Part shown: positions 58,540-64,000 of the stretch, one piece after another | Position numbering within the stretch: position 1 is the first letter of the stretch | How the letters are laid out: each line of letters opens with the position of its first letter | Origin: Flavobacteriales bacterium | GTDB taxonomy: Bacteria; Bacteroidota; Bacteroidia; Flavobacteriales; TMED113 | DNA: 64,000 nucleotides | Assembly: GCA_002722215.1 (NCBI GenBank) | Contig: PBKX01000004.1 | Location: 35,482 to 99,481, forward strand | Direction: 5' to 3' | Position numbers and translations under genes: made by a program | Notes under the pieces: generated by a model | Told to the model about the DNA's origin: nothing | Database searches by the model: none | The model's input: only the letters and a program-made list of their open reading frames with translations

Positions 58540-59802
58540 ATGAAAACAATCATAAAAAACATAAAGGAAATAGTTGGCGTTGTAGATGATCAAATAATAA
58601 ATTACAAATGTGGAGCCGAACTAAATAAAATATCATCTATTAAAGACGGATGGATTATAATAGAAGATGAGACGATAATAGATTTTGGAAATATGGATAA
58701 TTGGAAAGGAGTGGAAGATTGGAACGAAACAGAAATAATAGATGCAAATAATGGCATTGTTTTACCTTCATGGTGTGACAGCCATACACACATTGTTTAT
58801 GCAGGGAGTAGAGAAACAGAGTTTTTAGATAAAATTAATGGACTATCATATGAGGAAATTGCAAAAAGAGGTGGGGGAATATTAAATTCCGCTGAAAGAC
58901 TTGCTCAAACAAATGAAGATGACCTATATAATGAAAGTAAAAAAAGAGTTGATCAAGTTATTAAGTTAGGAACAGGCGCATTAGAAATAAAAAGTGGATA
59001 TGGATTAGATACCAAGAATGAGCTAAAAATGTTAAGAGTAATAAAAAGACTTAAAGAAAAATACCCTATACCTATAAAATCCACTTTTTTAGGTGCACAT
59101 GCTGTGCCAAAAGGACAAACAAAAGAACAATATATATCAACCATAATTAATGAAATGATTCCTGAAGTATCTAAAAATAATTTAGCGGACTACATCGATG
59201 TGTTTTGTGATAAAGGTTTCTTTTCAGCACAAGAAACTGAAAAAATATTGCATGCAGGAAAAAAACATGGGCTCACCCCTAAAATACATGCAAATGAGTT
59301 AGATTTTTCAGGAGGAATAGAAGTAGGCGTAAAAATGGGAGCACTTTCAGTAGATCACTTAGAATGTACATCAAATAAACAAATCGAGACACTAAAAGCA
59401 TCTAAAACGATGCCTACCTTACTACCTGGAACTGCATTCTTTTTAGGCCTAAATTACCCTCCTGCCAGAAACATGATTGATGCTGGACTACCTATTGCAC
59501 TTGCCACAGACTTTAATCCTGGATCATGTCCATCAGGAAATATGGCCCTAACTATCTCTTTAGCATGTATCAAAATGAAATTGAGGCCTATAGAAGCCAT
59601 TAATGCGTCTACAATTAATGGCGCATATGCTATGGGTTTAGAGAAAAAACTCGGCACGATTCAAAAAGGTAAGATAGCGAATTTGACCATTACTAAACAA
59701 ATTCCATCAATCAACTATATACCATACTCTATGGGTGAGAATAATATAGAAAAAGTTATAATTAATGGCAAAATTTATTACGATTCTCAAACAAATTATT
59801 AA
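58540..59802 (+). CDS. hutI: imidazolonepropionase
   Basis: Amidohydrolase metal ligands (CDSHTHIVYAGSR, KIHANE, ATDFNPGS). ATG 58540 is preferred over TTG 58513. Confidence 0.9.
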   Translation: MKTIIKNIKEIVGVVDDQIINYKCGAELNKISSIKDGWIIIEDETIIDFGNMDNWKGVEDWNETEIIDANNGIVLPSWCDSHTHIVYAGSRETEFLDKINGLSYEEIAKRGGGILNSAERLAQTNEDDLYNESKKRVDQVIKLGTGALEIKSGYGLDTKNELKMLRVIKRLKEKYPIPIKSTFLGAHAVPKGQTKEQYISTIINEMIPEVSKNNLADYIDVFCDKGFFSAQETEKILHAGKKHGLTPKIHANELDFSGGIEVGVKMGALSVDHLECTSNKQIETLKASKTMPTLLPGTAFFLGLNYPPARNMIDAGLPIALATDFNPGSCPSGNMALTISLACIKMKLRPIEAINASTINGAYAMGLEKKLGTIQKGKIANLTITKQIPSINYIPYSMGENNIEKVIINGKIYYDSQTNY

Positions 59803-59834
59803 GTTTGTATATTAGGTTTCACTAAAGTAGCATT

Positions 59835-60983
59835 ATGACAAAAATTAATTGGCATCATTTTTTTATATACATAATTCCTTTTTTTATTATTCAATTATCA
59901 AAATCTCAGAATAGTTGCTCGTGGATTTATCAAGACATCGAAGAAGATGGATACGAAATTGTAGATGATGAAATTACACTATTATATTGTGAAAATAGCA
60001 CAGATACCATCTGGGCACCTGAAGAATATATTGATGCAACTTGGGAATATGAAACAAATAATGGAGGGGAATGTGAAGATTGGGATTGGGTAGGAAATCA
60101 ATTTTTTCTATCTATTGATTCAAATGACCCATGCTTGGAAGGACTAAGTCAAGTGACAGTAACTTTTACTGGGTTCCTTGCAGAAGATACAGATCCAGAC
60201 ATATGTGTCTTTAATATACAATTCGATGAGACACCGAATCCTGTCATTCTAGCTGGAAATTTCAATACTGATGAGCAAATTGTACTCTGTGAACAAAATT
60301 TAATAGAACTTGAAGCTAGTGGCTTAGGATCTGGCTTTGATAATGGCACAACATCAATTCAATGGTATTTAAACAATGAACTCATAGAACCAACACCTAA
60401 TCCTAGTAACTTTTTAGATATTCAGACAACTAATTACATTGTCAATGATGAAAACACTTTCTATTTTACAGTATCAAACCACTGCACAGAATTAAATGGA
60501 TCTGATGAAGAATCAAATTGGCTAACAATTACCATTTACGAAGGATATGAAGAGTGTGAATCATGCCAGTGGGAACCGTTTACTAGAAAAGAATGGATTG
60601 ATGAAGACGGAATTGGAACAACAAATAATGAGTTTTATATTTTTACACCGAATGATGATGGATTTAGTGATTACTTCCCAGAACCCGGAATGAATGAAGA
60701 AAATCGAAATTTTGAAAATGATGATAAATTTTGGCCAACATGTGATGCGACCATTTATCAACTAACTATTTTTAATCGCCTAGGACGTGAAATTTGGCAA
60801 TCAGAATATAACAATCATCCTTGGGATGGTAAATTACAAAATGGAAAAGAATGTAAAGAAGGACCATATTTTTATAAAATAGAATATATCCTGCATCCCT
60901 TATTAGAGGAAATAAATAGCATAACAGAGTTGCCTAATAATGCTACAATTATAAATACCGGAAGCGTATTCCTACATCGCTAA
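59835..60983 (+). CDS. acidic Cys-containing secreted protein with a T9SS type B (gliding-motility-associated) C-terminal sorting domain
   Basis: Signal peptide (FFIYIIPFFIIQLSKSQN). The C-terminal ~90 aa match the type B pattern (FTPNDDGFSDYF...YQLTIFNRLGREIW...WDGKLQNGKECKEGPYFYKIEY). I recognise no domain in the N-terminal ~270 aa. Confidence 0.7.
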   Translation: MTKINWHHFFIYIIPFFIIQLSKSQNSCSWIYQDIEEDGYEIVDDEITLLYCENSTDTIWAPEEYIDATWEYETNNGGECEDWDWVGNQFFLSIDSNDPCLEGLSQVTVTFTGFLAEDTDPDICVFNIQFDETPNPVILAGNFNTDEQIVLCEQNLIELEASGLGSGFDNGTTSIQWYLNNELIEPTPNPSNFLDIQTTNYIVNDENTFYFTVSNHCTELNGSDEESNWLTITIYEGYEECESCQWEPFTRKEWIDEDGIGTTNNEFYIFTPNDDGFSDYFPEPGMNEENRNFENDDKFWPTCDATIYQLTIFNRLGREIWQSEYNNHPWDGKLQNGKECKEGPYFYKIEYILHPLLEEINSITELPNNATIINTGSVFLHR

Positions 60984-60991
60984 TATAATCC

Positions 60992-62692
60992 ATGAATATC
61001 CAATTACTTGAGTGCGTTCCCAATTTTTCAGAAGGAAGAAATTCTGAAATAATTCAAAGTATTGTTAATGAAGTCGAAAATACACCAGGCGTGACATTAC
61101 TCAATGTTGATCCGGGAAAAGCGACAAATAGAACTGTCGTAACCTTTGTAGGAGATCCCGAATCAGTAATAGAAGGGGCTTTTAAATTAATAAAAAAAGC
61201 ATCTGAGTTAATTAATATGGAACAACACCAAGGTGAACATCCTCGAATGGGTGCAACCGATGTATGCCCATTGATCCCAATTTCTAACATCTCAATGGAT
61301 GAAGCAATTAAATACTCTAAAAAATTAGCAGAAAAGGTTAGTAAAGAATTAAGTATTCCAACATATTTATATGAACACTCAGCACAAAAAGGATACAGAA
61401 AAAACTTAGCTGATATAAGAGAAGGTGAATATGAAGGTCTAAAAAATAAGATGATAGATCCGAAATGGAAGCCAGACTTTGGCCTAATAGATTTTAATAG
61501 AATAAAAAAAACAGGTGCGACAGTAATAGGCGCACGAGATTTTCTTATAGCATACAATATTAATTTGAACACAACATCAACTAGAAGAGCAAATGCTATC
61601 GCTTTTGACATAAGAGAAAAAGGCAGGATAGCAAGAAAAGGGAATTCATTGACTGGAGAAATACTAAAAGACAAAAATGGAAACACAATCTGGAAGCCCG
61701 GCACACTAAAACATGTAAAAGCGATTGGTTGGTTTATAGAAGAATATGGTATTACGCAAATATCTATGAATTTAACAAATATTGAAAAAACACCAATTCA
61801 TATAGTGTTTGATGAAGTATGTCATAAGGCATCGAAACGAGGCATCAGAGTAACTGGCTCTGAATTAGTGGGATTAATTCCATTAAAATCAATGCTAGAT
61901 GCGGGTAAATACTTTCTTAAGAAACAGAAAAGATCTATAGGAATCTCAGAAAAAGAAATTATTAAAATTGCAAGAAAAACAATGGGATTAGATGAAATTC
62001 AACCATTTAACCCAAATGAAAAAATCATTGAATACAGGATCAAAGAAACACCCAATCTTTTATGCAATCTTTCACTAACAAGTTTTTTACAAGAAACTGC
62101 TTCTGAAAGCCCAGCGCCAGGTGGTGGATCAATTTCTGCATATATAGGTGGTCTCGGAGCTGCTTTAGCTACAATGGTAGCAAACTTATCTGCACATAAA
62201 AGGGGTTGGGATGAAAAATGGGAAGAATTCTCTATGTTAGCCGAAAAAGGACAAGAATATATATCAGAACTAGAAAAACTCGTAGATAAAGATACAGAAG
62301 CATTTAATGCTATTATAAGCGCTTTTAGATTAAAGTCAACAACTAAAGAAGAAGAAGACTTAAAACAAGCAGAAATTCAAAACGCAACATTAAATGCAAT
62401 TGAAATACCGCTCCAGGTGATGAAAATTAGTCTTGAATCAATGGATTTGATCGAGACACTGGTCAAAAAAGGAAACCCGAATTCAATTAGTGATGTCGGG
62501 GTGGCGGCATTATGTGCAAGAACTGCAGTTATTGGCGCATATTTAAATGTTGTTATAAATTCCAAAGACTATACGGATATTAAGGATAGAAATAGATTAT
62601 TAACAATAGCCAAAAACATACAAGAAAAAGCTATTAAAAAAGAAGAAAAGATTATTAAATTAACTATGACAGGAATCAATAATTCTTCTTAA
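60992..62692 (+). CDS. ftcD: bifunctional glutamate formimidoyltransferase / formimidoyl-THF cyclodeaminase
   Basis: N-terminal ECVPNFSEGRN formiminotransferase start and a C-terminal cyclodeaminase block (SESPAPGGGSISAYIGGLGAALATMVANLS). Confidence 0.85.
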   Translation: MNIQLLECVPNFSEGRNSEIIQSIVNEVENTPGVTLLNVDPGKATNRTVVTFVGDPESVIEGAFKLIKKASELINMEQHQGEHPRMGATDVCPLIPISNISMDEAIKYSKKLAEKVSKELSIPTYLYEHSAQKGYRKNLADIREGEYEGLKNKMIDPKWKPDFGLIDFNRIKKTGATVIGARDFLIAYNINLNTTSTRRANAIAFDIREKGRIARKGNSLTGEILKDKNGNTIWKPGTLKHVKAIGWFIEEYGITQISMNLTNIEKTPIHIVFDEVCHKASKRGIRVTGSELVGLIPLKSMLDAGKYFLKKQKRSIGISEKEIIKIARKTMGLDEIQPFNPNEKIIEYRIKETPNLLCNLSLTSFLQETASESPAPGGGSISAYIGGLGAALATMVANLSAHKRGWDEKWEEFSMLAEKGQEYISELEKLVDKDTEAFNAIISAFRLKSTTKEEEDLKQAEIQNATLNAIEIPLQVMKISLESMDLIETLVKKGNPNSISDVGVAALCARTAVIGAYLNVVINSKDYTDIKDRNRLLTIAKNIQEKAIKKEEKIIKLTMTGINNSS

Positions 62693-62695
62693 ACC

Positions 62696-63277
62696 ATGAA
62701 TAGAGGAACAATTAAAAAAATTAGAAAGATATACCTGATTTCCTCTATCTTGGTTGGTATTTTCTCACCATTAATATGCATATCTCTTTTTCCTGAGTTT
62801 GACCCAAGAATTCATCCTATTTCATATTTTGGAATCTTAAAGAATACTTCTTTGATTTTTCTTTTTTCGCTCATAATATTTTCTATAGCAATATTTTGGA
62901 ATGGCATTACTATAATTAAAAAATTAATAAAAAATCAAAAATATAATTTTACCCTTAAAATAATACTAGGAATAGCAAGTATATGCCTATTCTTTACTGG
63001 TGTTATACCCATGAATTTTGGCCCATTCCATCAAATTCCAGCATTGTTTTTTTTCTTGACTTACAATTTCTTTATATTTTCTTTTGGAATCGTGAGATCA
63101 TTATCATATGTGCGAAAAGGCCTTTTTTCTGTATCTATAGGTAGCCTAATGCTTCTTTCATCGCTATTATTGATTCCATTTCCTAGCTACGGAGTAGCCG
63201 AAGTATTTTATATATTTTTAATTTTCTTGTGGAATATAATCATGTGGCTACAACAACAAAAATTAATAAGCGTATAA
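62696..63277 (+). CDS. hypothetical polytopic membrane protein
   Basis: 193 aa with about 6 hydrophobic helices. No diagnostic motif. Confidence 0.5.
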   Translation: MNRGTIKKIRKIYLISSILVGIFSPLICISLFPEFDPRIHPISYFGILKNTSLIFLFSLIIFSIAIFWNGITIIKKLIKNQKYNFTLKIILGIASICLFFTGVIPMNFGPFHQIPALFFFLTYNFFIFSFGIVRSLSYVRKGLFSVSIGSLMLLSSLLLIPFPSYGVAEVFYIFLIFLWNIIMWLQQQKLISV

Positions 63278-64000
63278 GCTGAGTATTTCATCTTGCAATC
63301 TATGATTTGCTAAATATTTTTTTTCTAGATCAGCTGCAAATGGAATCGGCGTATCTAAACTAGAAACCCTATATATAGGGGCATCTAAATACTCAAATAA
63401 CTCTTTGGCAATAAAAGATGATATATCAGCTCCAAAACCACCAATATTCGCATCTTCATGAAGTATCAATACTTTTCCGGTTTTAATCACGGTTTTTTTT
63501 ATTGATTCAAGATCAAGAGGGATCAAGGTTCTTAAATCTAAAAGATCAATAGATATCTGATCATTATTATTAATAAAATCTAAAGCCCAATGCACCCCCA
63601 TCCCATATGTAATAATACTTAAATCTGTACCTGCAGTTAATAAATTCGCTTTACCAAGCTCAATATTATAATACCCATCAGGGACTTCATTAGATGTGCT
63701 TCTATATAAAGCCTTATGCTCAAAAAACATTACAGGATTAGGATCTTCAATAGAGCTCAACAGCAATCCTTTTGCATCATTTGGGAAAGCGGGATATACG
63801 ACTTTCAGTCCTGGGGTGTGAGTAAACCAAGCTTCATTTGTTTGAGAATGAAATGGCCCTGCACCAACTCCACCACCACAAGGCATACGCACAACGACAT
63901 CTGAACATTGTCCCCAACGATAATATGATTTTGCTAGATTATTGACAACTGCATTAAATCCACTACTCACAAAATCTCCAAATTGCATTTCGACAATACT
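63263..64000 (-). CDS. 2-oxoacid dehydrogenase E1 component, beta/transketolase-like part (partial, continues beyond the right edge)
   Basis: The reading frame is open to the window end. It carries pyrimidine-binding and C-terminal domain blocks (RMPCGGGVGAGPFHSQ, PGLKVVYPAFPNDAKGLL, PVMFFEHKALY). Confidence 0.8.
   Translation of the reverse strand, partial: SIVEMQFGDFVSSGFNAVVNNLAKSYYRWGQCSDVVVRMPCGGGVGAGPFHSQTNEAWFTHTPGLKVVYPAFPNDAKGLLLSSIEDPNPVMFFEHKALYRSTSNEVPDGYYNIELGKANLLTAGTDLSIITYGMGVHWALDFINNNDQISIDLLDLRTLIPLDLESIKKTVIKTGKVLILHEDANIGGFGADISSFIAKELFEYLDAPIYRVSSLDTPIPFAADLEKKYLANHRLQDEILSLYAY

Noticed and set aside
61054-61704. 216-aa ORF antisense to ftcD, strikingly long for AT-rich DNA
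   Set aside because: It lies entirely within a well-supported ftcD coding region. Its product is low-complexity (Phe/Ser/Ile/Leu-rich) with no motif. Long shadow ORFs are expected opposite locally G+C-richer, codon-biased genes.
1-64000. Searched by eye for CRISPR-like spaced repeats, IS or transposon ends, integrases, phage genes, TA pairs, reverse transcriptases and clustered DnaA boxes
   Set aside because: None was found. All ORFs of 120 aa or more are either accounted for by housekeeping or envelope functions or dismissed as shadow ORFs above, and no direct repeat array is visible. An exhaustive repeat search would need a computational self-alignment, which I cannot run.

Overview
This is a visibly AT-rich (roughly 30% G+C by eye, not computed) and very gene-dense chromosomal segment. 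Gene content and signals point to a small-genome member of the Flavobacteriia (Bacteroidota). Supporting evidence: a PorP/SprF T9SS gene, type A-like and type B-like T9SS C-terminal sorting domains, and bacillithiol deacetylase. It also has TamB/LptD/LptFG envelope genes, relA-fur-purA and mutL-rhomboid-rhomboid gene order, and TAnnTTTG -7 promoter boxes. I call about 57 protein genes, one tRNA(CAU) and one clear intrinsic terminator. Functions are core housekeeping: recR, mutL, parE/parC, tsaD, trmD, rplS, glyA, purA, aroC, ribBA and system II cytochrome c biogenesis. Also present are dispersed E1/E2/E3 2-oxoacid dehydrogenase parts, fahA, hutI-ftcD and LPS/envelope genes. I saw no transposase, integrase, phage gene, CRISPR array, toxin-antitoxin pair or recognisable defence gene. 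I did not find a convincing novel multi-gene system, and none of the findings below is strong evidence for one. The points most worth a second look are: (1) an uncharacterised membrane Fe-S/CCG redox module with a HAD gene wedged between its subunits and a cysteine-depleted first CCG domain. (2) A 256-bp relic or mini-gene that joins a signal peptide to a T9SS-type tail, inside the only large non-coding island. (3) Two OstA/LptD-family genes whose signal peptides lie upstream of any ATG/GTG/TTG. (4) A frame break inside ribBA. (5) An unannotated 50-codon membrane ORF that exactly bridges nhaC and mutL. (6) A T9SS type B cargo gene inserted between hutI and ftcD.
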